Assembly: GCA_016794735.1 (NCBI GenBank)
Contig: JAEUJK010000195.1
Location: 1 to 30,400 of the forward strand
Length of the DNA stretch: 30,400 bases
Origin: Gemmatimonadota bacterium
GTDB taxonomy: Bacteria > Gemmatimonadota > Gemmatimonadetes > Gemmatimonadales > Gemmatimonadaceae
Direction of reading: 5' to 3'
This document shows, piece by piece, positions 17,929-27,407 of this stretch; the stretch's first letter is position 1, and every line of letters starts with the position of its first letter. The translations under genes and the position numbers were made by a program. The notes beneath the pieces were generated by a model. That model was given only the letters and a program-made list of their open reading frames with translations, ran no database searches and was not told the origin of the DNA.

Positions 17929-19455
17929 TCATGGAACGGCCGCGGTCTGGTTGGCCGGGGGCGTGGCGGTTACGGCGCCGCCTAACGTGGAGTGCTGCTT
18001 GACCAGTTTGACCAGCGGATCGGGCCACGCGCCGAAGAACAGGATCACCACGACCGAGGCCCCGATGACGAGGCGCGTCATGCCGGTGGCGGCCGGCAGC
18101 GGCGCGGCGCCCGCGGGGCGCGGCTTCATGAACATCGCGATGATCACACCGAGGTAGTAGCCCGCGGAGATCGTCGTGGTCAGGACGAGGATGACGGCGA
18201 GCCGCGCCTGGGGCGCCGGCGCCTGCATCGCCGCCTGCAGCACGTACCACTTGGCGAAGAAGCCCATCCCCCCGAAGATCGGGAAGCCGAGCAGCGCCAG
18301 CATGAAGACGGTCATCGCCACCGCGAGCCCCGGCCGCTCGTGCCAGAGGCCGTGGTAGTCCTCGATGTGCTCCCGCGGCTGTCCCGCCGAGCCTAACGCC
18401 AGCATCACGGCAAAGGCGCCCATGGTCGCCAGGGTGTAGGCGAGCAGGTAGAACACGAAGGCCGTGGCCGCCTGGGCCGTGCCCGCCGCAAGCGCCACCA
18501 GGATGAAGCCGGTGTGCGCAATGCTCGAGTAGGCCAGCATGCGCTTGAGGTTGCGCTGCTGCAGCGCCACCACGTTGCCCACGACCATCGTGAGCGCCGC
18601 GAGCCACCACACGGCCTTGTGCCACTCCGAGTACGCCCCGGGGAATGCCTCCAGCCAGACGCGCAGCAGGGCGGCAAACGCCCCGGCCTTCACCCCGGCC
18701 GCCATGTAGCCGGTGATCGGCGTCGGGGCACCTTCGTACACGTCAGGCGCCCACATGTGGAACGGAGCAGCCGCCACCTTGAACGCAAAGCCGACGAGCA
18801 GCAACGCGATGCCGACGAGCAACATCGGCGTCCGCGCCAGCTCATACGTGCCGATGCGCTCGGCGATCAGGGTGAGGTTCGTCGTGCCGGTCGCGCCGTA
18901 CACCAGGGCAATGCCGTACAGCAGGAACCCGGTCGAGAAGGCGCCGAGCAGGAAGTACTTCAGGGCAGACTCCGCACTCCGGTTGGAGCGGCGGTTCAAC
19001 CCGGCGAGCACATATACCGCAATCGACATCAGCTCGATGCCGAGGAACAGCACCATCAGGTCGCGCGCCGCCGCCATGAGCATCATGCCCGACGTCGCGA
19101 ACAGCAGGAGCACATGCGCTTCCGCCGTGTGGAGTCCCTCGCGGGCATTGTATTCCACCGCCAGCGCCAGCGTGATGAGCGTGGCCACGAGGAACACGAC
19201 GCTGCTGCCCCAGCGGAACGGATCGACCGCCACGACGCCCGGACCTGCCGTCGCGCCGCGTTGCGCCATCACGAGCACGTAGCCGAGGACACCGGCCGTC
19301 ACCAGCATGCTGCCCAGGCCCACGGTGCGCTGATGCTCCGCGCTTTCCGGGCGCCACGCAGACATCAGCATCAGGACCATCGCGCCGGTCATCAGCGCGA
19401 GCTCCGGCCCGATGGCGGCGGCGAGCTGGCCCGGCATGGAGAGATCGAACGTCAT
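17929..19455 (-). CDS. nuoN: NADH-quinone oxidoreductase subunit N
   Basis: LFLGIELMS, ESALKYFLLG, GFAFKVAAAPFHMWAPDVYEGAP and KRMLAYSSIAH motifs. Confidence 0.96.
   Translation of the reverse strand: MTFDLSMPGQLAAAIGPELALMTGAMVLMLMSAWRPESAEHQRTVGLGSMLVTAGVLGYVLVMAQRGATAGPGVVAVDPFRWGSSVVFLVATLITLALAVEYNAREGLHTAEAHVLLLFATSGMMLMAAARDLMVLFLGIELMSIAVYVLAGLNRRSNRSAESALKYFLLGAFSTGFLLYGIALVYGATGTTNLTLIAERIGTYELARTPMLLVGIALLLVGFAFKVAAAPFHMWAPDVYEGAPTPITGYMAAGVKAGAFAALLRVWLEAFPGAYSEWHKAVWWLAALTMVVGNVVALQQRNLKRMLAYSSIAHTGFILVALAAGTAQAATAFVFYLLAYTLATMGAFAVMLALGSAGQPREHIEDYHGLWHERPGLAVAMTVFMLALLGFPIFGGMGFFAKWYVLQAAMQAPAPQARLAVILVLTTTISAGYYLGVIIAMFMKPRPAGAAPLPAATGMTRLVIGASVVVILFFGAWPDPLVKLVKQHSTLGGAVTATPPANQTAAVP
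17980..17987 (-). repeat. Iterated octamer CGTTAGGC, copy 5 (nuoN 3' end, ACG TTA GGC)
   Basis: Plus strand reads gcctaacg at 17980-17987. Confidence 0.7.
18391..18398 (-). repeat. Iterated octamer CGTTAGGC, copy 6 (inside nuoN, GCG TTA GGC)
   Basis: Plus strand reads gcctaacg at 18391-18398. Confidence 0.7.
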
Positions 19456-19456
19456 C

Positions 19457-21052
19457 TCAGTTCCCTCCCCCCATCGTCAGGGTCACCGACTGCGCCGCGG
19501 CCTTGGCCTCGACCTGCTGCACGAAGTGGCCAACCGACGCCTCCATGCGGGAGAGCACCGGGGCGGGATAAATCCCCATCCACAGGATCATGAAGACCAG
19601 CGGCGCCATCAGCCCGATCTCGCGCCAGTTGAGGTCGGTGAGGTGCTCGTTCGCGGGCTTGTCGAGCGGGTTGTACAGGATGCGCTGCAGCGCCCACAGC
19701 AGGTACGCGGCGGCCAGGATCACGCCGAGCGCCGAGAACGTCGTGGCCACCGGGACGGTCTTGAACGAACCGACCATCACCAGGAACTCGGAGATGAAGC
19801 CGTTCGTGCCGGGGAGGCCGATCGAGCTCAGGGCCACCACGGTCAGCAAGGTCGCATAGATCGGGACTACCTTCGCGATGCCGCCGTAGTCGGCGATGAT
19901 GCGCGAGTGCTTGCGCTCGTAGATCATGCCGATGAGGAAGAACAGCGCGCCGGTCGAGACGCCGTGGCCGATCATCACCATCAACGCGCCCTGCACGCTT
20001 TCGCGCGTCATGGCGAAGATGCCGAGCATCACCATGCCGAGGTGGGCCACCGACGAATACGCCACCAGCTTCTTGAAGTCCGGCTGCACGAGCGCCACCA
20101 ATGATCCGTAGATCACGCCGATCACCGCGAGGCCGACGATCACCCCGCGTACCATCGGATGCAGCGCAATCGCCGGGAACAGCGGCACGGCGAGTCGCAG
20201 GAAGCCGTACGTCCCGAGCTTGAGGAGGACCCCGGCCAGGATCACCGAGCCGGCCGTCGGCGCCTCGACGTGCGCGTCGGGCAACCAGGTGTGGAACGGG
20301 AACATCGGCACCTTCACCGCGAACGCGATGAAGAAGGCGCAGAAGAGCCAGAACGAGACCATCGGCGTGAACTCGGGCAGCGCCATGATCGCGTCGTACG
20401 CGAAGTTGGGCTTCCCTTCGAGCAGGCCGGCCTGCCAGCCGAGGTACACGATGGCGATCAGCATGAGGAGCGAGCCGACCATCGTGTAGATGAAGAACTT
20501 GATGCTGGCGTAGATGCGGCGCTCGCCGCCCCACAACCCGACGATGAAGTACATCGGGATCAGCATCACTTCCCACATCACGTAGAACAGGAACAGGTCG
20601 CGCGCCACGAACACGCCGAGCATGCCGACGGTGAGGAGCAGCATGAGCACGTGATACGTGTGCACCTTGTGCCGCACGCTCGTCCAGCCGCCAAGGATGG
20701 CCAGCGGCATGAGGAACGTCGTGAGCAGCACCATCATCAGCGAGAGCCCGTCGATCCCGAGGGCGAACGTCACGCCCCACGAGTCGATCCACGGCCAGTC
20801 GACCGTGGCCTGGAAGGCGGCCGACGACGCGTCGAACGACCACCACAACCCGGCCGAGATGATGAACTCCAGGACGAGGATGCCGAACGTGAGACGACGC
20901 GCCATCATGGCGCCCGCCTCCATGTGGTCATCCGAGGCGCCCTTGAGCGAGCGGCCATGCGCCCAGACAACGAGGGCGCCGAGCGTGGGCAGGATCAGCA
21001 GCGCGGGCAGGACCCAGCTGTGGTACCCGATGGATTGAAGGAAAGACGCCAT
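19457..21052 (-). CDS. nuoM: NADH-quinone oxidoreductase subunit M
   Basis: LGIDGLS, FYVMWEVMLIPMY, AVKVPMFPFHTWLPDAHVEAPT and KKLVAYSSVAH motifs. Confidence 0.96.
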   Translation of the reverse strand: MASFLQSIGYHSWVLPALLILPTLGALVVWAHGRSLKGASDDHMEAGAMMARRLTFGILVLEFIISAGLWWSFDASSAAFQATVDWPWIDSWGVTFALGIDGLSLMMVLLTTFLMPLAILGGWTSVRHKVHTYHVLMLLLTVGMLGVFVARDLFLFYVMWEVMLIPMYFIVGLWGGERRIYASIKFFIYTMVGSLLMLIAIVYLGWQAGLLEGKPNFAYDAIMALPEFTPMVSFWLFCAFFIAFAVKVPMFPFHTWLPDAHVEAPTAGSVILAGVLLKLGTYGFLRLAVPLFPAIALHPMVRGVIVGLAVIGVIYGSLVALVQPDFKKLVAYSSVAHLGMVMLGIFAMTRESVQGALMVMIGHGVSTGALFFLIGMIYERKHSRIIADYGGIAKVVPIYATLLTVVALSSIGLPGTNGFISEFLVMVGSFKTVPVATTFSALGVILAAAYLLWALQRILYNPLDKPANEHLTDLNWREIGLMAPLVFMILWMGIYPAPVLSRMEASVGHFVQQVEAKAAAQSVTLTMGGGN

Positions 21053-21055
21053 GGG

Positions 21056-23236
21056 TTACCTCAGGGAGAAAGCGGAGAGGATGCCGAGCACCCCGAGGAT
21101 CAGCACCCAGGCGTAGGTCCCGACCAGGCCGGACTGCATCCGGGCGCCGAGCCAGCCGAACCCCTTCGCCAGGTACGCACTGCCATTCACGACGAGCCCG
21201 TCGATCAGGCCGGCGTCCATCCCGCGCCACAACACCGAGCGGGAAAGACCAACGACCGGCTGCACCACGGCCTTGTCGTACCCTTCGTCGACGAAGTACT
21301 TGTGCTCCAGCACGCGTTCGATCCCCTCGGATGCCGGCGACTGCGCCTTGGGCACCAGGGCGTCGGTCTTGAGCCGCGTCACCGCGATGGTGATGCCGAT
21401 GACCGCGATCGCAATCGCAATTCCCACCAGCATGTACTCGGTGGAGTGCTCGAGGTGGGCCTCGGTGCCGTTGGTGATCTGCAACGCCGCGCGACCGGTC
21501 ACCGGCTCGAGCCAGTGATGCAGCGCCTGCACCGGTCCGGCCGGGAAGAACGTCGGCAGGTTGAGCCAGCCACCCGCGAGGCTCAACACCCCGAGGACGA
21601 CGAGCGGGCCGGTCATCACCCACGGGGCTTCCTTGAGGTGCGGCCGCTCGGCGTCGCCGGTGCGGTTCGCGCCGTGGAAGGTGTAGAGCATCATCCGCGT
21701 CATGTAGATCGCGGTGAGGAGCGCGGCGGTGAGGCCGATCGCCCAGATCGCGTACAGCAGCGCGCTGCCGGGAATCCCCAGCCAGCTCGCGTCGGCGAGC
21801 GTCGATCCGTGCGTGCGCGCGAAGACGGCGCCGAGGATCTCGTCCTTGGAGAAGAAACCGGCAAACGGCGGGATGCCTGCGATCGCGAGGGTCGCGATCC
21901 ACATGAGGCCGAACGTCACCGGCATGTACTGCCGGAGGCCACCCATGTTGCGCATGTCCTGCGCGTCATCGTGGTTGTGCGTGTGGTGGTACGCCTGGTG
22001 CATGGCGTAGATCACCGAGCCCGACCCGAGGAAGAGCAACGCCTTGAAGAAGGCGTGGGTGACGAGGTGGAAGACCCCGGCCGCGTACGCCCCGACCCCC
22101 ACCCCGACGAACATGTAGCCGAGCTGCGAGACGGTCGAATAGGCGAGGACCTTCTTGATGTCCCACTGCTTGAGCCCGATCGTCGCCGCGAACAGTGCCG
22201 TCAGCGCGCCCACGAAGGCCACCGTGAGGCTCGCGACGGGCGACAGCGCGAATAACGCCGAGCTGCGCGCCACGAGGTAGACACCCGCCGTCACCATCGT
22301 CGCCGCGTGGATCAGGGCGGAGACCGGCGTCGGGCCGGCCATCGCGTCCGGGAGCCAGACATACAACGGGATCTGCGCGCTCTTGCCGGCGCAGCCGAGG
22401 AACATGAACAGGCACGCCGCCGTCGCCACGATGGGCGGCAGGGCGGACGCGTTGGCGTTCACGCCGGTGAACGACAGCGTCCCGAGGTGGCTGAACAGGA
22501 GGAACATCGCGACCAGGAACCCGAAGTCGCCGATGCGGTTGACGATGAACGCCTTCTTGCCCGCGTCGGCATTGGCCTTGTCGCTGAACCAGAAGCCGAT
22601 GAGGAGGTACGAGCAGAGCCCCACCCCTTCCCAGCCGACGAACAACATCGGATAGCTCGCCCCGAGCACCAGGATGAGCATGAAGAAGACGAACAGGTTG
22701 AGGTACGCGAAGTAGCGCGGGTACCCCGGGTCTTCCTTCATGTAACCGACGCTGAAGACGTGGATCAGCGAGCCGACCCCGGTGATCACCATCGTCATCA
22801 CCATCGACAGCTGGTCGACCTGGAAGGCGGCATCGAGCTGCAGGTTCCCGGTCGGCATCCAGCGGAACAGCGTCTTGACGAAGGGCTCTTCGGCATGGGC
22901 CCCGGCGAGGGCGAAGAAGATCGCGACGGTGACTGCGAACGCCGCGAACAACACCGCCGGTCCGACCAGGCTCACGATGCCGGCGTGCCGGTGTGCGGCC
23001 GGGTGGTGGCCGTGGTCGTCATGCCCGTGCCCGTGTCCGTGCGCATCGTCGTGCCCGTGGTGCGCATGGTGTGCCGTGGGGTCCGCGGGTCCGATCTTCG
23101 CGGCCGTGGAGAGCGACAACCACCCGTTGACGAGGAACCCGATCAGCGGAAGGACTGGCACCAGCCAGATCCACTCCGCCACCGACCCGGTGAGGGGATG
23201 CGCGCCCGCGGCTGCGGCTTCCTGGAGGAGGAGCAT
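21056..23236 (-). CDS. nuoL: NADH-quinone oxidoreductase subunit L
   Basis: Start ATG 23236 has a TGATG overlap with the nuoK stop (726 aa). FVGWEGVGLCSYLLIGF, GKSAQIPLYVWLPDAMAGPTPVSALIHAATMV and HAFFKALLFL motifs; His-rich loop after TM1. Confidence 0.96.
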   Translation of the reverse strand: MLLLQEAAAAGAHPLTGSVAEWIWLVPVLPLIGFLVNGWLSLSTAAKIGPADPTAHHAHHGHDDAHGHGHGHDDHGHHPAAHRHAGIVSLVGPAVLFAAFAVTVAIFFALAGAHAEEPFVKTLFRWMPTGNLQLDAAFQVDQLSMVMTMVITGVGSLIHVFSVGYMKEDPGYPRYFAYLNLFVFFMLILVLGASYPMLFVGWEGVGLCSYLLIGFWFSDKANADAGKKAFIVNRIGDFGFLVAMFLLFSHLGTLSFTGVNANASALPPIVATAACLFMFLGCAGKSAQIPLYVWLPDAMAGPTPVSALIHAATMVTAGVYLVARSSALFALSPVASLTVAFVGALTALFAATIGLKQWDIKKVLAYSTVSQLGYMFVGVGVGAYAAGVFHLVTHAFFKALLFLGSGSVIYAMHQAYHHTHNHDDAQDMRNMGGLRQYMPVTFGLMWIATLAIAGIPPFAGFFSKDEILGAVFARTHGSTLADASWLGIPGSALLYAIWAIGLTAALLTAIYMTRMMLYTFHGANRTGDAERPHLKEAPWVMTGPLVVLGVLSLAGGWLNLPTFFPAGPVQALHHWLEPVTGRAALQITNGTEAHLEHSTEYMLVGIAIAIAVIGITIAVTRLKTDALVPKAQSPASEGIERVLEHKYFVDEGYDKAVVQPVVGLSRSVLWRGMDAGLIDGLVVNGSAYLAKGFGWLGARMQSGLVGTYAWVLILGVLGILSAFSLR

Positions 23237-23529
23237 CAGCCCTTGAGGAGATTGATGTTCTGGAGGTCCACCGTCTGGCGGTGGCGGAAGATCGAGATGA
23301 TGATGGCCAGCCCGACGGCCGCTTCCGCGGCCGCGACGGTCATCACGAACACGACGAACACCTGGCCCGTCGCCCCGTACAACTTCGAGAGGGCGACAAA
23401 CGACAGGTTGACGGCGTTGAGCATCAGCTCGACGCACATGAAGATCACGATCGCGTTGCGGCGCGTGAGCACGCCAATGACGCCGATCGTGAACAGGACG
23501 GCCGACAGGGCCAGCGCTTCGGCGATCAT
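23236..23529 (-). CDS. nuoK: NADH-quinone oxidoreductase subunit K
   Basis: [19 protein letters not shown] and [11 protein letters not shown] motifs; 97 aa. Confidence 0.96.
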   Translation of the reverse strand: MIAEALALSAVLFTIGVIGVLTRRNAIVIFMCVELMLNAVNLSFVALSKLYGATGQVFVVFVMTVAAAEAAVGLAIIISIFRHRQTVDLQNINLLKG

Positions 23530-24059
23530 GACGCCCTCCGCTTGCCAAGGATCACCGCGCCCACGATGGCCACGAGCAACAGGATCGAGGTCAGTTCGAA
23601 CGCGAGCAGGTGCTCCTCGAAGAGCGGCTTGGCGATCGTGCCCACCGCATTCAACTCACGCAGCGATTCCGCCGCGGCACCGGCCGGCTGCACCAGGGCC
23701 TTCGGCGCGACCGATCCCGCCAGCGCCATCACCTGCGCGAGGATGGCGAGGCCGACAAACCCGGCGGCGACCCTCCCCCACGTGCCCCGGATGTCCGAGA
23801 TCTCGTTGGGGTGGCCGAGGTTGAGCAACATCAGCACGAACAGGAAGACCACCATGATCGCCCCGGCGTACACCAGCACCTGGATCGCCCCGATGAAGTG
23901 CGCGTCGAGCATGACATACAGGGCCGCCAGCGAGAACATCGTGTTCACGAGCCAGAGGGCCGCAGCGACCGGGCTCTTGCGCGTGACGAACGCCAGGGCC
24001 GACGCGATGGCGATCAGGCCGAACAGGTAGAAATGGACGCGATAGAAGAAGTCGGACAT
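23526..24059 (-). CDS. nuoJ: NADH-quinone oxidoreductase subunit J
   Basis: [21 protein letters not shown] and [16 protein letters not shown] motifs. Start is either ATG 24059 (TGATG overlap with nuoI) or GTG 24062. Confidence 0.94.
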   Translation of the reverse strand: MSDFFYRVHFYLFGLIAIASALAFVTRKSPVAAALWLVNTMFSLAALYVMLDAHFIGAIQVLVYAGAIMVVFLFVLMLLNLGHPNEISDIRGTWGRVAAGFVGLAILAQVMALAGSVAPKALVQPAGAAAESLRELNAVGTIAKPLFEEHLLAFELTSILLLVAIVGAVILGKRRAS

Positions 24060-24556
24060 CACTCCCCCTTCGGGTCAGCGGGGTCCCACATCTCCGTGAC
24101 GGGATGCGTCTGCGCCATCAAGCGCTCCAGGTCGTAGATGAACCCCTCGCGGTTGAACTCGGCGTTCTCGTAGTGCCGGCCGAGGTGGATCGCTTCCTCG
24201 GGGCACACTTCCTGGCAGTAGCCGCAGAAGATGCAGCGGAACTCGTCGATGTCGAAGACGAGCGGATACCGGTTCCCCTGCTCGTCCTCGCCAGGCACCA
24301 GCTTGATGCAGTTGGCCGGGCACACGGTCGGACACAGGCCGCAGGCGACACACTTCGCCTTGCCGTCCTCCGTGGTGAGCATGCGGTGCGTCCCGCGCCA
24401 GCGGCGCGAGATGGACTCGCGCTGCTCGGGATATTGGGTCGTGACTCGATGACCGCCGACGAGGTGCTTCAGCGTGTTCGCCATGCCCTTGAGCGTGGCG
24501 CGCACGTAGCTCGTCTCCTCGATCGGCCGCTCGACGACCTTGACGTTGATGGCCAT
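24059..24556 (-). CDS. nuoI: NADH-quinone oxidoreductase subunit I
   Basis: Start ATG 24556 has a TAATG overlap with nuoH. Two ferredoxin motifs, CVACGLCPTVCP and CIFCGYCQEVCP, plus TTQYPE. Confidence 0.96.
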   Translation of the reverse strand: MAINVKVVERPIEETSYVRATLKGMANTLKHLVGGHRVTTQYPEQRESISRRWRGTHRMLTTEDGKAKCVACGLCPTVCPANCIKLVPGEDEQGNRYPLVFDIDEFRCIFCGYCQEVCPEEAIHLGRHYENAEFNREGFIYDLERLMAQTHPVTEMWDPADPKGE

Positions 24557-25848
24557 TAGTCCCCTGACAGAGCAGACAGTCGCGCGCGCGACGCGGTGAT
24601 CCCGCGCAGCCGCTTGAGTTCTTCCGCGTGCAACGGCGCGTTCGCCGGGCTCACGATCTTGCCGCGATCGAGGAACACGAAGAACAAGCCGAGCAACACC
24701 GCGTTGACGCCGAGGAAGATCAGCCCGTACACCAGCCCACGGTCGATCCCCGCCGCGTCGAGCACGAGCATCAGCGTCGCCACGATGACGATGTACGCCA
24801 GCGCGAGGGGCAGCAGGACCTTCCACCCGAGCGACATCAGCTGGTCATACCGGAACCGCGGCAGCGTCCAGCGGATCCAGATGTAGAAGAAGAGGAAGAA
24901 CAGCGTCTTGGCCATCATGATGGCCATCGACAGCAGCACCAGCGGGAAGGACACGGCCCCGGTGTTGTCCGCCGTCATGAACGGGATGTCCCAGCCCCCG
25001 AAGAACAGCGTCGCGATCATCGCGGACTGCGTCGCCATGTTGGCGTACTCCGCAATGAAGAACAGCGAGAACTTCATCGCCGAGTATTCCGTGTGGTACC
25101 CGGTAATCAGTTCGGACTCGGCTTCGGGAAGGTCGAACGGCAGGCGGTTGGTTTCCGCGAACGCCGAGATGAGGTAGACGAGGAACGCGATCGACAGCGT
25201 CAGCACGTTCCACAGGTGCATCTGCGCCTGCTGGTCCACGATCGATCGCAAGGTGACGTTCCCGGCGAAGAGCAACACCGGGATCAACGCCATCCCCATC
25301 GAGATCTCGTACGACACCATCTGCGCGCTGGATCGCAGCCCGCCGAGGAGCGCGTACTTGTTGTTCGAGGCCCAGCCCGCGAGCACGATGCCGTAGACGC
25401 CGAGGGACGCCACCGCGATCGTGAACAGGAAGCCGATCGGCAGGTCCGCGAGCACCATGTCCACGCGACCCCACGGCGACGCCCACGACGCACCCCACGG
25501 GATCACGCACCAGATGGTGAGCGCCGGGATGAACGCCATCATCGGGGCGAGGATGAACATCGCCTTGTTCACGTACGGCGGGAGCGTCTCTTCCTTGAGG
25601 AAGTTCTTCACGCCGTCGGCCAGCGGCTGGAAGAAGCCGTTCGGACCCACGCGATTGGGACCGTGCCGGTGCTGGATCCACGCCGAGATCTTCCGCTCGG
25701 CCAGCGTGAGGTACGCCACGCCGAGCATGTAGATCGTGAAGAAGACCAGCAGCTTGACGCCCGTGAAGGCCAGCCAGGGCCAGAAGGCAATGGGGCCCTG
25801 CGGGTCGATCACGGCCTGCAGCAACAGGGAGTTGGTCACCATGCTCAT
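24556..25848 (-). CDS. nuoH: NADH-quinone oxidoreductase subunit H (long form)
   Basis: AERKISAWIQHRHGPNRVG, QPLADGVK, AQMVSYE, ETNRLPFDLPEAESEL and PRFRYDQLM motifs; 430 aa with a C-terminal extension. Confidence 0.96.
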   Translation of the reverse strand: MSMVTNSLLLQAVIDPQGPIAFWPWLAFTGVKLLVFFTIYMLGVAYLTLAERKISAWIQHRHGPNRVGPNGFFQPLADGVKNFLKEETLPPYVNKAMFILAPMMAFIPALTIWCVIPWGASWASPWGRVDMVLADLPIGFLFTIAVASLGVYGIVLAGWASNNKYALLGGLRSSAQMVSYEISMGMALIPVLLFAGNVTLRSIVDQQAQMHLWNVLTLSIAFLVYLISAFAETNRLPFDLPEAESELITGYHTEYSAMKFSLFFIAEYANMATQSAMIATLFFGGWDIPFMTADNTGAVSFPLVLLSMAIMMAKTLFFLFFYIWIRWTLPRFRYDQLMSLGWKVLLPLALAYIVIVATLMLVLDAAGIDRGLVYGLIFLGVNAVLLGLFFVFLDRGKIVSPANAPLHAEELKRLRGITASRARLSALSGD

Positions 25849-27407
25849 GACGCCACCCCCGCCGCCTGGCCGGCAATCGGCAGCCCACGCAACCCGAGCT
25901 GGTCGTAACTCAGGCCGGCGAACGCGGGGTTCGAGGTCGCGAGGTCCTGGAACACGTCGCGGGCGAGGAAGAAGGCCGTCGACTCACCCATGGCCTGCAA
26001 CACGTCGGCGAGCACGTACCAGCCGGGCCGTGCCAGCCCCGGCGCGGCCTTGGCCTGCAGGAACCGCTGGACGCGGCCGCGCAGGTTGGTGAACGATCCT
26101 TCTTCCTCCACCACCGTGCAGGTGGGGAGGACGACGTCGGCGCGCGCGAGCCCGGCCGGCATGGTGCTCGACAGCACGATGACCGCCGAGGCGCGTCCCG
26201 CCATCTCGAGGTCGGCGCGCGAGAGCGCATGGTCCGCAATGATCAGGGCGTCACCGGCCTGCAGCCCCGCCAGCGGGGTTTCATTGCGCGTGAACCCGAC
26301 GAGTTCCGCCCCGCGCCCGTTGGCGGCGCGATCCGCCCGCAGCGCGAGATCCGTGACCCCCGGCAGCGGTGCCTCGATGCCCTGGTCCACCCGGAACGAC
26401 CCGACCCCGTTGGTCTTCTTCACGAGGCGGGACAGGAGATGCAGTGTTTCGTTGGAGCAATTGGGTGACGCGAGCACGTACGCGCGCTTGCCCTTGAGCA
26501 CCCGGACGGCGGCGTCGATGGCCACTTCCCAGTCGACGGCCTCGTGTCCCCGGGGGCCGAGGATCGTGGGGACCTCGAGACGGTCCCGGCGGTTCAGGCC
26601 GCGGTAGTTCATGCGACCGTGGTCGCACATGAAGAACTCGTTCACCGCCTCGTTCGACCGCGGGCGGAAGCGCATGACGACGTTGTCGCGCGTCTCGACG
26701 ATGATGTTGCACCCCTGCGAGCACCCGGTGCACACCGACGCGGTGCGATCGAGTTCCCATGCGCGCGCCTTGTTGAGGAAGTCCTTCGACAGCAGCGCGC
26801 CCACCGGGCAGAGGTCGACGACGTTCGCGGCCCACGGGTGCGTGAGGTCCTTCCCCTCGAACTTCCCGATGTGGGCGCGGTCGCCGCGTTCCGTGACATT
26901 GAGGACGGTGTCCTTCGCGACGTCATCCATGAAGCGCACGCACCGGGTGCACAGGATGCACCGGTTGGGCACGTACATCACGTCGCCGCCGAAGTCCTCG
27001 ACCGGGTTGAAGCGCTTGGGTTCGCGATACCGCGAGTCCGCCCGCCCTTCCTGGTACGTGTAGTCCTGCAATTCGCACTCGCCGGACTGGTCGCAGATCG
27101 GGCAATCCAGCGGGTGGTTGATGAGCAGCATCTCGAGCACGCCCTTGCGGGCCTCGCGCGCCTTCTCCGAGTGCACGTGGACGACCTGCCCTTCGGCCAC
27201 GGCCGTGGCGCACGCTGGCGCGAGTTTGGGCGACTTCTCGACTTCGACGAGGCACATCCGGCACACGCCCGCCACCGGGAGTCCCGGGTGGTAGCAGTAG
27301 TGCGGGATCAGCACCCCGGCCTGCTTCGCGGCCTCGACGAGGTTCGTGCCGGGTGGCACCGCCACCGGGCGTCCCTCGATGGTGAGGTTGACCATCGGCG
27401 CCGTCAT
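25845..27407 (-). CDS. nuoG: NADH-quinone oxidoreductase subunit G (short form, 520 aa)
   Basis: Start ATG 27407 has an ATGA overlap with nuoF. Cluster ligands: N1b (IPHYCYH...GVCRMCLVE...PAC), N5 (HPLDCPICDQSGEC), N4 (CILCTRC...CPVG) and N7-like (CTGCSQGC...CDHG). Confidence 0.94.
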   Translation of the reverse strand: MTAPMVNLTIEGRPVAVPPGTNLVEAAKQAGVLIPHYCYHPGLPVAGVCRMCLVEVEKSPKLAPACATAVAEGQVVHVHSEKAREARKGVLEMLLINHPLDCPICDQSGECELQDYTYQEGRADSRYREPKRFNPVEDFGGDVMYVPNRCILCTRCVRFMDDVAKDTVLNVTERGDRAHIGKFEGKDLTHPWAANVVDLCPVGALLSKDFLNKARAWELDRTASVCTGCSQGCNIIVETRDNVVMRFRPRSNEAVNEFFMCDHGRMNYRGLNRRDRLEVPTILGPRGHEAVDWEVAIDAAVRVLKGKRAYVLASPNCSNETLHLLSRLVKKTNGVGSFRVDQGIEAPLPGVTDLALRADRAANGRGAELVGFTRNETPLAGLQAGDALIIADHALSRADLEMAGRASAVIVLSSTMPAGLARADVVLPTCTVVEEEGSFTNLRGRVQRFLQAKAAPGLARPGWYVLADVLQAMGESTAFFLARDVFQDLATSNPAFAGLSYDQLGLRGLPIAGQAAGVAS

